DNA of 64,000 nucleotides from Octopus vulgaris (taxonomy: Eukaryota): contig OX597833.1 of the NCBI GenBank assembly GCA_951406725.2, forward strand, positions 50,592,001-50,656,000, in the 5' to 3' direction. Below, one piece after another: positions 43,645 to 57,258 of this stretch (positions are counted from its first letter, which is position 1; the number at the start of each line of letters is the position of its first letter). The position numbers were made by a program, and so were the translations under genes. The notes under the pieces were generated by a model. It was not told the DNA's origin. It saw only the letters and a program-made list of their open reading frames with translations, and did no database searches.

Positions 43645-44262
43645 TATGTTTCTTTATTAGCCACACAGGGCTGAACATAAAGGGGACAAATTACAAAGTT
43701 GAGCTTTTCTTTTTGCGGAGAAAAAAGAGAAAATAAAAATTAAAAATAAAAAATAATGGTGGGGTGGGTTTTCTATCAAAATGGACCGTAAAAAGAGAAA
43801 AAAAAACGATCAATAGGGATCGTGTACCACAGAAGTGTCATGATAGAAATGTGAAGGGGGGAGCAGATAAGGTTTATCCATAGAAAGAAAGGCCTACGGA
43901 AAAGACCACGGTAACCTCGGTCAATAATGTCACATGTTAACACATTTATTTGCAAGTAAGTAAATTTTTCCGGGTTCATAGGGTTATGCTCAAGGTGGCT
44001 TAGACATTCATACGTGCCATCCTTGCTACATTCACCTATTTTTTTTTTGAAATATTCACTAGACAAAACTTGCCTCTCTACTCTCACTCTCCTTTTCAAG
44101 TGATACTTGAAGAATTTGATGAGAGATTGACCAGAGAGGAAAGTGTTTGTCTCTAATCCTTTCAGACGCTTCCACCAGATACATTCTTTCGCCATAGCCA
44201 CAAGTATGATGAAAATAGCTCTTCCTTCCCGTTTGAAGGAAGGAGGCGTGACAATATTAACG
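43645..44262 (-). mobile_element. Second, shorter copy of the same L1/Tx1-like LINE within (GATA)n
   Basis: NIVTPPSFKREGRAIFIILVAMAKECIWW...; same 3' end ctgtgtggctaataaagaaacata|tct. GATA-type repeats on both sides. Confidence 0.85.
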
Positions 44263-44343
<81 letters not shown>

Positions 44344-44685
44344 GGATAGATAGATAGACAGATAGGCAGATAGATAGATGGAGAGATAGAGAGGCAGACA
44401 CACAGTTCAGAAAGAATTATGTATAGTATCAGCAATGCAATGTATGTGTGCGTGTGCTTCTGTGAGTTTATGTGTGAGTATTGCCTGTGTCTTGCGTGTA
44501 TTTGGATGTAATATTGGTGCTGACTTATGTTAATTTGGTCTTAATTGCTTGAAAGCCCGTAGAGTGCTTTCATCATCATTCGAACCACTCACGCCAATCA
44601 GCACTATGATCACACTTGCAGATGTAAGCACATACGACGATAGGAACCCAACCAACAGCATCAACCAGGTCTTTCATATAGGCTC

Positions 44686-44846
44686 AGGAGGAGTGGTTGT
44701 GTGGTAGGTAGCTTGTTTACCAACCACATGGCTCCGGGTTCAGTCCCACTGTGTAGCACCTTGGGCAAGTGTCTTCTACTTTAGCCTCGGGCCGACCAAA
44801 GTCTTGTGAGTTGATTTGGTAGACGGAAACTGAAATAAGCCCGCAG
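44686..44846 (+). mobile_element. SINE family A, 5' half
   Basis: Family A head and CORE-like motif. Confidence 0.85.
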
Positions 44847-44883
44847 TATATATGTATATGTATATATATACTCTCTTTCTCTC

Positions 44884-45287
44884 TCTTTTACTTGTTTCAG
44901 TCATTTGACTGCGGCCATGCTGGAGCACCGCCTTTAGTCGAGAAAATCGACCCCAGGACTTATTCTTTGTAAGCCCAGTACTTATTCTATCGGTCTCTTT
45001 TGCCGAACCGCTAAGTGACGGGGACGTAAACACACCAGCATCGGTTGTCAAGCAATGCTAGGGGGACAAACACAGACACACAAACATATACACACACACT
45101 TATATATATATATATACATATATACGACAGGCTTCTTTCTGTTTCCGTCTACCAAATCCACTCACAAGGCATTGGTCGGCCCGGGGCTATAGCAGAAGAC
45201 ACTTGCCCAAGATGCCACGCAGTGGGACTGAACCTGGAACCATGTGGTTGGTTAGCAAGCTACTTACCACATAGCCACTCCTGCGCC
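44884..45287 (-). mobile_element. SINE family A, full length
   Basis: Reverse complement of family A; forms an inverted pair with 44686-44846. Confidence 0.9.
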
Positions 45288-45307
45288 TATGTGTGTGTGT
45301 CGTTTCT

Positions 45308-45543
45308 CAGGGTGGATTAAAAGTAGGTTTACAGTTATCACGTAGGCACTTTAAATTTCTCTTAAAATGTTCTATTACATTTAGATTTCTATCTTACAAA
45401 CTGAAAATGGACCTTGACATAATTAACTAAATTAGCATAGAATAATAGCTTCATATTTTTCTATAATTAAGATCGAAACCGTTAATGTATGAATGCAAAA
45501 GAGATTGTTGAATAACTGTAAACCTACTTTTGGGCCACTTTTG
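45308..45543. mobile_element. Tc1/mariner-type MITE
   Basis: TIRs cagggtggattaaaagtaggtttacagttat / ataactgtaaacctacttttgggccacttttg|ta. Confidence 0.7.
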
Positions 45544-45583
45544 TATGTATATATAAATATATGTGCGTATGCATATACATATG

Positions 45584-45648
<65 letters not shown>

Positions 45649-46194
45649 CCACGCTGGGCATGACATTGGTTCGTTGCAGGAATACTCAGTTTCTTCCGGC
45701 TGAGTGGACTGGAGCAACGTGAACTGTAGTGATTTTTGCTGAAGGGCATAACTCACCATCGCCCGGTCCAGGAATCGAAGCTAAAATGTTATGATCATGA
45801 TTTCAACACCTTACCCACTAAGCCACGAACTTCCAGAAGCGAACAAGCCTTTGAAAGTAAGTGAAAATATCTTGAATTCTCTCCTGTGTTTTCTGAGGGC
45901 AAGCATTGTCATATTCGCATGTACTGTTTCTATTTATTGTGCTGTCTGTGAAAAACGTTAGTAATATTAACATGGTTAGCTTCTATATCATGCGTAACCT
46001 TTTTCAAAGAATATTCCCTCCCAGTAGTTTCATCTTACTTCTGAAGAGCGTTTACCGATATTGTTGTGACGATCTGATACTTAGGTGGTGGAGGCAAAGC
46101 TATAGGGAGATGCATTTGCTAAGTTTTGCTTACTCGCTTCTGAAATTCTCAACAAAGTATGTTGTATTTAATACATGGAAATACAGACATGCAA

Positions 46195-46605
46195 CCATTC
46201 ATACATACATATATACAAATATACACAAACACACAAATATATACGCACATACAGACATACATACACACATACATACATATGTACATATACACATACATAC
46301 ATATGTACATATACACATACATATATACATACATACATACATACATACATAAATACATACATACATACATACATACATACATTCATACATACATACATAC
46401 ATACATACATACATAAATACATAAATACATACATACATACATACATAAATAAATACATACATACATACATAAATATATAAATACATACATACATACATAC
46501 ATACATAAATACATACATACATACATACATACATACATACATACATACATACATACATACATACATACATACATACATACATACATACATACATACATAC
46601 ATACA
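46195..46605. repeat. (TACA)n microsatellite
   Basis: Direct inspection. Confidence 0.95.
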
Positions 46606-46760
46606 TGGCTGCCCCCTCGTTATCGAGTATGGCCATTGCACGAAGCTTAACTGTTGCTGGTGCTGTGATCGAATGTGACTTTTTAGCCCAGCTAAAGATC
46701 TATAATGTCTTGTACAAAATTGGCAACTAAAACCTTTACTGGTTTTAGTTGCCGGCTGTA
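46606..46760 (-). mobile_element. Extreme 3' end of an RTE-type LINE (C-terminal zinc-finger-like motif) within (TACA)n
   Basis: FSCQFCTRHYRSLAGLKSHIR resembles the CxxC...GLxSHxR terminus of RTE ORFs. TACA repeats on both sides. Confidence 0.6.
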
Positions 46761-46834
46761 CATACATACATACATGTTTAGGACAGACAAGAAAAAGTAT
46801 GGACCGTCATAGAGGTCAGCTGTCTTGCTGATGT

Positions 46835-47080
46835 TAATATCTCTGAAAATCAAAGAAGAAGACGATAGCTATGGATAACTGCTTTGGAGCACTTGGTTTG
46901 GTGAGTAAATGCCTAAATATCGTCCTGGATATGCTTGGATTTTCAGAAAAAGAAATCAACCACCAAATTTGCAAATTACAAATACAATCTATAAGCGGGA
47001 CAGGAAAACTGTGCAAGAATTTTCTCGGGTTTAAAATGTGACATTGTTTTCGTCATCTACATTCCAAAGATGGAGCAATG
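46835..47080 (+). mobile_element. Decayed R4/Dong-like C-terminal fragment (second lineage)
   Basis: FGALGLVSKCLNIVLDMLGFSEKEINHQICKLQIQSISGTGKLCKNFLGFKM*. Confidence 0.55.
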
Positions 47081-47364
47081 TATCTTTGTTAGAAAGCAGC
47101 TCTTTCTTCAGAGGAAGAATTTAAATTATTAAAAATAGAAGAGACATACATACACACTTACATACATACACACATACATACATACATACATACGTACATA
47201 CATACATACATATATACATGCATGCATGAAATCATATGTACACAGGTACAAACATTCACATATACGTAGAAATAAATATGCCTGAATACAATAGTAAAAC
47301 AAGGTTTTAAAATATAGCTGATAATGTAGAGGAAGAAATACATTTAATAGTAAAAGTACTATTA

Positions 47365-47465
47365 GTATAAGTACTAGGCTTACAAACAATAAGTCCTGGG
47401 GTCGATTTGCTCCACTAAAGGCGGTGCTACAGCATGGCCGCAGTCAAATGACTGAAACAAATAAA
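47365..47465 (+). mobile_element. SINE family A, 3' fragment
   Basis: aagtactaggcttacaaa...aaatgactgaaacaa. Confidence 0.8.
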
Positions 47466-47487
47466 TGAAAAAATATACGTGTGTGTG

Positions 47488-47537
<50 letters not shown>

Positions 47538-47931
47538 TATTAATACACACACACATATATATAATAACAGAGATATGCATAATTTATGCAACACAATTTA
47601 CTAAAATAACTCAGGCCTATTACAAACCAATTAAGGTTATTACGGTGGGAGGCAGAGGAATATAGGTTTCCGACTCTTCTTATTTACCTTTTCACAGGTA
47701 TGAAATATCTCTGAGGAGTTAGATGATACATTTAACAATCCGGTAATTTCAACATATCTTCATATTAGTAACTATCTGGCTATTACTCAGACTATATGTC
47801 TATTTGTTTATATGTCACTCTATCAATCTATGTATATGTATGTATATATATATATATATATAGTCATATGCATATATATAAACATATGTATTTATATATA
47901 TATACGTATGTATATTTATATCTATTATGTA

Positions 47932-47988
<57 letters not shown>

Positions 47989-48147
47989 CATATATATATA
48001 TACATATATATACGCACATACACACATACACACATATATATATATATGTATAAGTATCTATATATATAATGTATATGTGTATGTATATATGAATATTTAT
48101 CTATAAATGACTATACAGATACATTATGCACATGCATATATACACAG

Positions 48148-48193
<46 letters not shown>

Positions 48194-48829
48194 ATGTATT
48201 TGTATATACATTCATATCTATATATCTAGGTATCAATATAAATACACGCAAATACATACACAGGCACGCACACACACACACACACACACCTATTTGACAA
48301 GATATATAGCGACAACGAACTAGGATACTTTCACCGGAAATAAACTAAAGTATTAACCGGAAGTCCTTATATAAACCTGTCAGAATGTGTTTTGCAAATC
48401 AGCCATATGAATAATTCAGCCAAGCGCAAACAGTAGTAAACTATTGGACGATATGACAAACCGATTGCAACTCCTCCACCGACTGAACAATTAATTTATT
48501 CTGTCAGTGTATATGTGTGTGCGTGTGTGTGTGTGCTTGTGCACGCACGTGTGTGTGCATATAGGTATGTATATAAACTTGTGTGTAGGTATGTATATAT
48601 AGGTATGTATATAATAGGCTGTGGTTGTTGATGCATGCACACACGCATATATAGGTATATATATATTACCTTGAATAAATATTTACATATATGTATCTCT
48701 TTCCCCCCCTCTCTATCTCTCCCTTGAGCCCTCTATATTTATACTTATGTACAAACATGCACACACACCTACGTACATACACGTCAGCGTGCTTCTTCTT
48801 TCGGATTTATGGTTTTTACAGACGACGTA

Positions 48830-48882
<53 letters not shown>

Positions 48883-49056
48883 ATAAGAGTAAATAATTTC
48901 TATAAAGGTTTTTAAAAAAACCACAATTATTTACTGGTAGAATTCGGTATGTAAATATAGCCGATTACCGGCAGGAACTTCTGTAAAGTTCAGTATATAT
49001 ATTGTATATAAGAAAAAGGGACAAGCAACAGGTTGCTTGACCGCATACCGAAAAAA

Positions 49057-49626
49057 TAGAAATAGCAGTCAAGAATGCTTATTTCTATCAAAGTGGGACT
49101 CCGGGCACGACAAACCCTGTAATCCACATATGCAAAACGGAAGGGATAGATAACGAAAACGAAGTCTGGTGGTTATCTGTGAACATCATATTTCTGGATT
49201 ATAAACATATTGAATATATATTTCATATATATTTTTGATATATATTTCATATACATTGCATATATATTTCACATCCTTCTTCAGCACAGCTTTCCATTGA
49301 AATAGATTTATCATAGATATATCAAATGCTACGTACCTCAAACCTTCTGACCATGCGACATCAAAATATTTGAAGAAAGTGAGCAAAGGCTAAACCTACA
49401 TAGACGTTTGAATTCGTAAATCTTCCCTCCAAAATTTTGCCATGTGCACTACAAAAATAGTTCCATATGAGTAGGAACCATTTGGAACCATTTGGAACCA
49501 TTTGGAACCTTCCGTTTTGCATATGTGAATTACAGGGTTTGTCGTGCCCGGAGTCCCACTTTGATAGAAATAAGCATTCTTGACTGCTACTTTGATAGAT
49601 ATAAGCATTCTTGACTGCTATTTCTA
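49057..49626. mobile_element. Inverted-repeat-bounded element containing a hammerhead motif (PLE terminal-repeat-like)
   Basis: Arms of about 85 bp: tagaaatagcagtcaagaatgc...gcaaaacggaagg / ccttccgttttgc...gactgctatttcta. Internal (ggaaccattt)x3. Abuts (TA)n on the right. Confidence 0.75.
49177..49289 (-). ncRNA. Type I hammerhead ribozyme motif with long AT-rich loop 2
   Basis: Minus strand reads CTGTG-CTGAAGA-a-GGAT...ATCC-a-GAAA-TATGAT-GTT-CACAG: perfect 5-bp stem I, canonical core and GUU triplet. Confidence 0.6.
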
Positions 49627-49688
49627 TATATATATATATATATATATTTACAGACACACGCACATGTGTGTGTGTGTGTGTGTGTGTG

Positions 49689-49970
49689 TGGATGCACCTG
49701 GCTTAGTGGTTAGAGCAGCGGACTCGCGGGATCGCAGGTTCGAATCTCAGACCGGGCGATGTGTGTGTTTATGAGCGAAACACCTAAGCACCACGCATCT
49801 CCGGCTAAAGGTAATGGCGAACTTCTGCTGACTCTTTCGTCACAACTTTCTCACACTTTTCCCTCCTGCATCTTGCAGCTCACCTGTGACAGACCGACGT
49901 CCCGTCCAGGTGGGGAACCTATACGCCAAGGAGACCAATGAGACCAGGCTTGGCTCGTGAAGGAATAAAC
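49689..49970 (+). mobile_element. SINE family B variant (similar to 23368-23674)
   Basis: tagtggttagagcagcggactcgcgg...gttcgaatctcagaccggg...cgtcccgtccaggtggggaacc. Confidence 0.85.
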
Positions 49971-50449
49971 AAACACACACACATATACATATGTATGTAC
50001 GTATGTATATATGCATGCATATACATATATACAGAGAGGGAGTGGGTAGAGAGATAAATATATAGATATACACCAAAATACATTCATATATACATTCACC
50101 TGGTATAGAACAAAAAGAACAGGATCGCATAGTACTTGAAGTCTTTCCTATAGAATACAGGCTCTTAGGGTATAAATTTGTGTGTTGCAGCCAAAAGCGG
50201 TCTCGTAGTAGTTGAAGAATCGTATTTAACTGATTGGTTTGAGCTTGTAGTCAGCTTATCAAAGTTCAGTAAGTATCATAATCGAACTTCATTTATATAC
50301 GTGTGTGTATACATGTGCCCGTGTGTTTGTACACACGCACACGTGCATATGCATGTACATGTATATATAAGTGGAGAGTAACTGATCGTAATGAATAGCA
50401 TATTTAAGAAAGAATCCAAGTCAAAGTACTTGATAAAATGAAGTATATA

Positions 50450-50572
50450 CGAGGGGTGTATGAAAAGTCTTGAGCCTCAAAACAACAAAACATTGTACAA
50501 GACTTCTGATGAAGGTACAAAACTTCAAGGCTCAAAGCCCTTTCAGGCTCAAAACTTTTCATACACCCCTCG
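50450..50572. mobile_element. Mariner-type MITE
   Basis: TA|cgaggggtgtatgaaaagt...acttttcatacacccctcg|TA. Confidence 0.85.
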
Positions 50573-50847
50573 TAAATCTGATATAAGTAATAAGCATATA
50601 TGCTTTTGACTTTGCGTTATTTTGATTTCATGTTATGTTGTTTTCAAGAATTTACACTCTACTGCTGTAGGAATTGTATTAGACGGTGATCTTGGTGTGT
50701 ACATTTGTATTAATCGTCAAATTTCGTTATAGGTGTAACGCATTATATAGAGTATGTGTCAGGTGAATTGTGTACAGCACCTGCTACAAGTACCCCGCCA
50801 CTGACAGAATCTCGTTTTGATGAGAGCTGACCCAAGTAGGGGTATTT

Positions 50848-50985
50848 GTCAAGAAACTATCGATGTAAAAGCATCGTGAAATTGAAACAATGAAAGCAAC
50901 GGGTTGAAAATAAAACCGATGCCAGTTATATGTGGAGCATTAGGTATGATACAAAAGCGAAAGATAAACAAAATCTTGAAAATCA
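50848..50985 (+). mobile_element. Old R4/Dong-like fragment
   Basis: KKLSM*KHREIE / GLKIKPMPVICGALGMIQK aligns by eye to EKLSKYKDLEIE...NLKTETIPIIVGALGMIKK. Confidence 0.5.
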
Positions 50986-50992
50986 TAGTAGT

Positions 50993-51028
<36 letters not shown>

Positions 51029-52070
51029 AAAGTGGGACAAGAACGCAAAACATCCAGGCAGTTAGGTGAAACAAATAAAGGGAAAACAAAACCAGACAGA
51101 CGATACAAGGAAAACAAGGACGGATCATTCGAAGTTTTCTATCCTCAGTCGGGTTCCAGATTATCTTTGCAATTTCGGCTGGTTATACTTGAGATTGCTC
51201 CAATCTGGCCAGCCCCAAGGGAAAATAAGCTAAGAGCATTATATTCATTGTAAGAAAGCATCGAATGTATACTAAAACAAGGACGGAAAAAAAGAAAAAA
51301 AAGAAAAAAACAGAAATGTTACACAAATACAAATAACAGGATATAACAACAGGTATCTTTCGACTAAAGACGAATTAAATTAAGCTGGCATGTGTGGAAG
51401 TAAAGCCTTACGGTAAGGACATAAGATTTAACAGTCCTGTTATTTGTATTTGTGTAACATTTCGGGTTTTTTATTTGCTTTTTTTTTCTGTCCGGAAGAT
51501 TTCGTTCAGAGAGCATTTGCCCGAAATAAGGCACAGTGCAATTGAAACTGGAACCAAGTGGTTAGTAAACACTGTTCTGTATCCCCATTTCTGTGTACAT
51601 TTGCAACATGCATTCTGTGGTCAAACATAATCTGTTGGCAGCCTCAAGAAATTACTGCCTGTTGATAACAATAAGAAATGAAATTATCCATGCGGTATAG
51701 CAAAATATTTCAGACACAGTATCAAGCAGTTTATTACTTACTTCTTGCGTTTAGTCGATGGGAGCGAGGCAGTAAAAGCGGGAAAGAGAGAGTTAAGGTG
51801 AGAAAAAAAAAATAGTGAGGTAGCGGAGAGAAATTCATTGCTCAGTCTAAAGTTTCTGAGAAGTTTTCAGATGCAGGAGAGCAATGAAATAGCTGTAGAA
51901 AGTTTGGTGTGGTTTATGATGTGACAAATGGTATAAAAGTCGGTAAATATGTATATCACGGCTGGTGATAAATATCGCTGGTGTCAATATCGTCTGTGCA
52001 TTAATAGAGATACAGATGGAGGTTTCACGATTCCTTTCTATCTAAAAGTTCATATCTATCTATCTATCTG

Positions 52071-52147
<77 letters not shown>

Positions 52148-52171
52148 ATATATATATATTTATTTATCTGC

Positions 52172-52231
<60 letters not shown>

Positions 52232-52238
52232 TTATCTA

Positions 52239-52298
<60 letters not shown>

Positions 52299-52401
52299 CA
52301 TATCTGTCTGTCTGTATGTATGTATTTATGTATGTCTGTTTATTTATCTATCTATATGACTAACTACACACACACACACACGCACACATACACACGTAGG
52401 C

Positions 52402-52531
<130 letters not shown>

Positions 52532-52914
52532 ATGGAAAAAGAGAGACAGAATCAGACAGAAAGATACATGTATATGTGAACATTTTTGTGTGTGCCTATG
52601 TTTACATGTTCATTACTATACATAACCTCACTCATAGACTCACAAATTCTTAGAATCTAAAATACAGCCGAGATTTCAATATGTAAAATTTGACATGAAA
52701 TTCGGGGATAGATAAAAGTTACTGCTGCGCAAGTAATTACCGAGTGAAAAATCCCTCAATATCTGAATTCCTAAAAAAAAAAAAGGGAACAAAGGATAAT
52801 TTTGGACAAAGCAAAGAAGGCTGACCGGAGTGAATGTTTTCTTTAAAGTGACCTTGTACTTAAAACGAATTTATGTCACATGACAATTCAGTGGTTAATG
52901 TAATATTCAGGTTA

Positions 52915-53725
52915 AGGCGGCGAGCTGGCAGAAACGTTAGCACGCCGGGCGAAATGCGTAGCCGTATTTCGTCTGCCTTTATGTTCTGAGTTCAAATTCC
53001 GCCGAGTTCGACTTTGCCTTTCATCCTTTCGGAGTCGATAAATTAAGTACCAGTTACGCACTGGGGTCGATGTAATCGACTTAACACCGTTGTCTGTCCT
53101 TGTTTGTCCCCTCTATGTTTAGCCCCTTGTGGGTAGTAAAGAAATAGGTATTTCGTCTGCCGTTACGTTCTGAGTTCAAATTCCGCCGAGGTCGACTTTG
53201 CCTTTCAACCTTTCGGGGTCGATTAAATAAGCACCAGTTACGCACTGGGGTCGATGTAATCGACTTAATCCGTTTGTCTGTCCTTATTTGTCCCCTCTGT
53301 GTTTAACCCCTTGTGGGTAATAAAGAAATAGGTATTTCGTCTGCCTTTATGTTCTGAGTTCAAATTCCGCCGAGGTCGACTTTGCCTTTCATCCTTTCGG
53401 AGTCGATTAAATAAGTACAATAAGTACCAGTTATGTACTGGGGTCGATATAATCGACTTAATCCGTGTGTCTGTCCTTGTTTGTCCTCTCTATGTTTAGC
53501 TCCTTGTGGGCAATAAAGAAATAAGAAACGTTAGGACGCCGGGAGAAATGCTTAACGATATTTCGTCTGTCTTTACGTTCTGAGTTCAAATTACGCCGAG
53601 GTCGACTTTGCCTTTCATCTTTTCGGAGGTCGATTAATTAAGTACCAGTTGCGTACTGGGATTGATCTAATCGACAGAGCCCCTGTCCCAAAATTTCGGG
53701 CCTTGTACCTAGAGTACAAAAGAAT
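52915..53725 (+). mobile_element. SINE family C concatemer: head, three units of about 184 bp, and a terminal unit with an alternative tail
   Basis: Units start (tatttcgtctg) at 52965, 53149, 53333 and 53559. Each has ttctgagttcaaatt and Nin/Deu-like ctttgcctttcatcctttcggggtcgataaattaagtaccag. Confidence 0.9.
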
Positions 53726-54230
53726 ATACTATAAGTGTTATTAAACGCTTTTGTAAGTCAATACTGACTTCTACTGCGTTGGCTGTGCGCTTTTACATTA
53801 CTTGTTATGGTTATCTCTACAGATATAGTATAGAGATTATAGCCAGCTTTGATTTTTGCTACCAGATTTCGTATACGGGTGTATATATGGCATATACACC
53901 CATTATTCACTTTTTATCTTCGATCTCATTGTTTGTTTAAACCTGACGTCTCGTATACAAAACATATTAATAAAAGTTAATGCTGGGTATAATGTCTAGA
54001 GAATATCTGTAGAGATAAGCTTATAGGATTATCTGAAATATTGATATTAAAGATTGCGTGATGTATTTCGTACTGAAATTATTGAAATCTCCAAGAAGCA
54101 TATCTAAATATATTTAGCATTACAGTTACTGCAGAATAAATTGCGGACGCAGTCATCTATGTTGTCAGTGGGGTTTACTACCAAATCAACAATGCTTTGT
54201 ATCATTTCAAAACACTATTAACTTTTATTG

Positions 54231-54990
54231 CAAGACATGCAGGATAAGGTAGACCACCTGTCAGAAACTTCACGGCGAGGGGGCTTGAGGATCCGCTGGG
54301 AAAAGACAAAAGTGCTGCGTATCAACAACAAGCAGGGAGAGCCAATCACAATCGAGGGGGCACCTGTGGAGGACGTTAGTGAGTTTGTCTATCTTGGCAG
54401 CAAGATCCGCAAATCAGGTGGATCAGACGAGGACATCACGGCAAGAAGCAATAAGGCTTGGAAAGTCTTCCCTATTTTTCGGCCGTTATGGATGTCCACT
54501 GCCAGCTCAACTCGAACTAAACTCCGCTTACTTAGTTCAAACGTAAAATCTTTGCTTTTGTATGGCTCTGAAGCATGAAGAGCCACCTGCAGCAATTACA
54601 AGAAGATCCAGACCTTCATCAACAAATGTCTCCGGCAGATCCTCCATCTGAAGTGGTCCGACAGGGTGCCAAACACCGATCTGTGGGAAAGGGCCAGCCA
54701 GGAGCCCATACATGTTCAAATTAGACGAAGCAAATGGAGATGGATCGGACACACACTGCGGAAAGAACCCTCAAATGTGACACGGCAAGCACCTGACTGG
54801 AACCCGCAAGGGAAAAGGAAGCGAGAACGCCCGAAGCAGACGTGGAAGCGGAGCATTTTGGACAAGCTCAGGACCACCAGCATGAAGGGAAAGCAGCCAA
54901 GAAACACGCCAATTACCTAAAAAAGTGGAAAACAACTTTTGAGGCCCTATGCTTCACAAAGGACAAGAAGGATTAAGAGAGAGAAGAGAG
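54231..54990 (+). mobile_element. 5'-truncated RTE-clade LINE
   Basis: GLRIRWEKTKVL...VSEFVYLGS...VKSLLLYGSEA*...KWRWIGHTLRK...WNPQGKRKRERPKQTW; GA-rich tail; 14-bp TSD attaacttttattg at 54217-54230 and 54991-55004. Confidence 0.9.
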
Positions 54991-55448
54991 ATTAACTTTT
55001 ATTGGCCACTTAAATAGATTATCTACCGAATAATATACTTCCGTATTTTGAGGGCAAAAGTCTTCTCTATTCATGGTTTTGCTCGACTTCAAAAAGAGAT
55101 AAACGGCAAATCTCTGTCCACGGTCAAGGAGCAGAAAATGGAGGAATAGCTGGATACAATTTTTGACAATTCTGCTTGAAGCTGTAAACTAACTGTTTGT
55201 CCTCGTGATGACAATGCTGTGAAGAGCAAGGAAGAACATTATCAAGCAGAATGGATGTCAGTTCTAATCATTTTAAGCCCTCATTATCTAGATTAATCTA
55301 AAATCATTAACTACAAAAGTGTGAAAAATCAACCTGCCCTAATAAATATATAAAATAAATAAATAAATATACATATACATATACATACATATATATATAC
55401 ATATACATACATATATATATATATACATACATATATATATATGCATAC

Positions 55449-55514
<66 letters not shown>

Positions 55515-56103
55515 TTCTCTCGACTGGAAACCAGTGGTAGCCTTTTTAACACGCAACTAAAGAATATTTGAAGAATATTCATCCCCAATCCCCAAATGCG
55601 GTTTGGAGCACTCAGTCATACACACATACTGAAATACATACATACAATTGTATAAATGAATATATTCACATACGTGTGTGGGTTTCTGAAAGAGAGAGTG
55701 AGAGAGAGAGACTGAGAAAGAGAGAGAGAGTGCAAGAGAGAGAGAGAGAGAGATTGAGAAAGAGAGAACGAGAGAGATATTGAATAAAGATGATAATTCT
55801 CGTCCTGGCGGAATTTCTTTGTCAACAACTTAAAACTAATAGTGGAAAATATTAAATAACCATGGATTCCTCAACACACACACAGACACATACACAGACA
55901 CAAATACACACACACAAACACACACGTCATAAGTGGGTATATATGATTCACAGATATGATTGTATTGAAATACTGTATCCAACCGAGGAATTTTAAGATA
56001 AGGACGTTTTTTACAGGCTTCTGTCTATCATTCTATCTACATGCATTTGACACGCGAGGTGCGCATACATGTGAGTGTATAATGACTACAAATAAATAAA
56101 TAA

Positions 56104-56138
<35 letters not shown>

Positions 56139-56350
56139 AAAATGTGTATACATGTGTGTGTGTATAGATGCGTATATGTATATATATACATATATATATA
56201 TATGTATGTATATATATGTATATATACGTATATACATATATTAATACAATTGTTCGTTTGTTTTCCACCTGCCTTCGTCTTTTGTCTATTTTCATAAAGC
56301 TTCCCGTTATATGTATATATATATATATGTATATATATCTATATATATGT

Positions 56351-56397
<47 letters not shown>

Positions 56398-56471
56398 TGT
56401 TTATATCTATATATACATATATATGCATATATATTTATATATATATGTGTGTATATATATATGTATATATA

Positions 56472-56518
<47 letters not shown>

Positions 56519-56993
56519 GTATATGTATATACATTTATGTATATATGTAAATATTTGTATACATATGTATGTATATATATGTTAGTATATGTTTATGTGC
56601 ATATGCATATATAGATACACACACACACACACACAAGCGCTAATATGTATGGATGCGTAAATTTGTGGTAGTTTATTTGCGGATTGTGTGTAGTTCGAAG
56701 AACGTGCGTCTTATTTCCGTTGATAAGGGAACTTGGACTATTTACACAGAATCGAAATAGTGTTTATTTGTCATATGAGAGAAACTATTGTCAAAGACAG
56801 AGGAGGAGGAGGAGGAGGCGGGGAATGGAGAAGAGCAGTAGTGGTGGAGCTGGAGAATATATGATGGGAAAGGTGTTGGGTGGTGACGAGGTGTAGGATG
56901 AGCAGAAGGAGAGCGAATGGTAAGAAGAGGCGAAGAGAAAGAGCTAAAGAAAATGCAGAGGAGAATCAGAGAAAAGGAAAATGGTAACAGCAT

Positions 56994-57258
<265 letters not shown>

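Noticed and set aside
47700-47750. CTGAGGA-GTTA...TAAC-aatccggta, a possible hammerhead
   Set aside because: GAAA and stem I are too degenerate to support.
51030-51420. TA-adjacent segment with a GGCTGG...CCAGCC-GAAA stem on the minus strand
   Set aside because: No CUGANGA core upstream of the stem, so it cannot be called a hammerhead, though it may be a PLE-type terminal sequence.
52965-53560. Regularly spaced repeats suggestive of a CRISPR array
   Set aside because: Whole 184-bp units repeat with no unique spacers; eukaryotic SINE concatemer, and no cas genes.
55060-55260. Possible decayed mariner transposase C-terminus
   Set aside because: Similarity by eye is too weak, with no catalytic motif or TIR.
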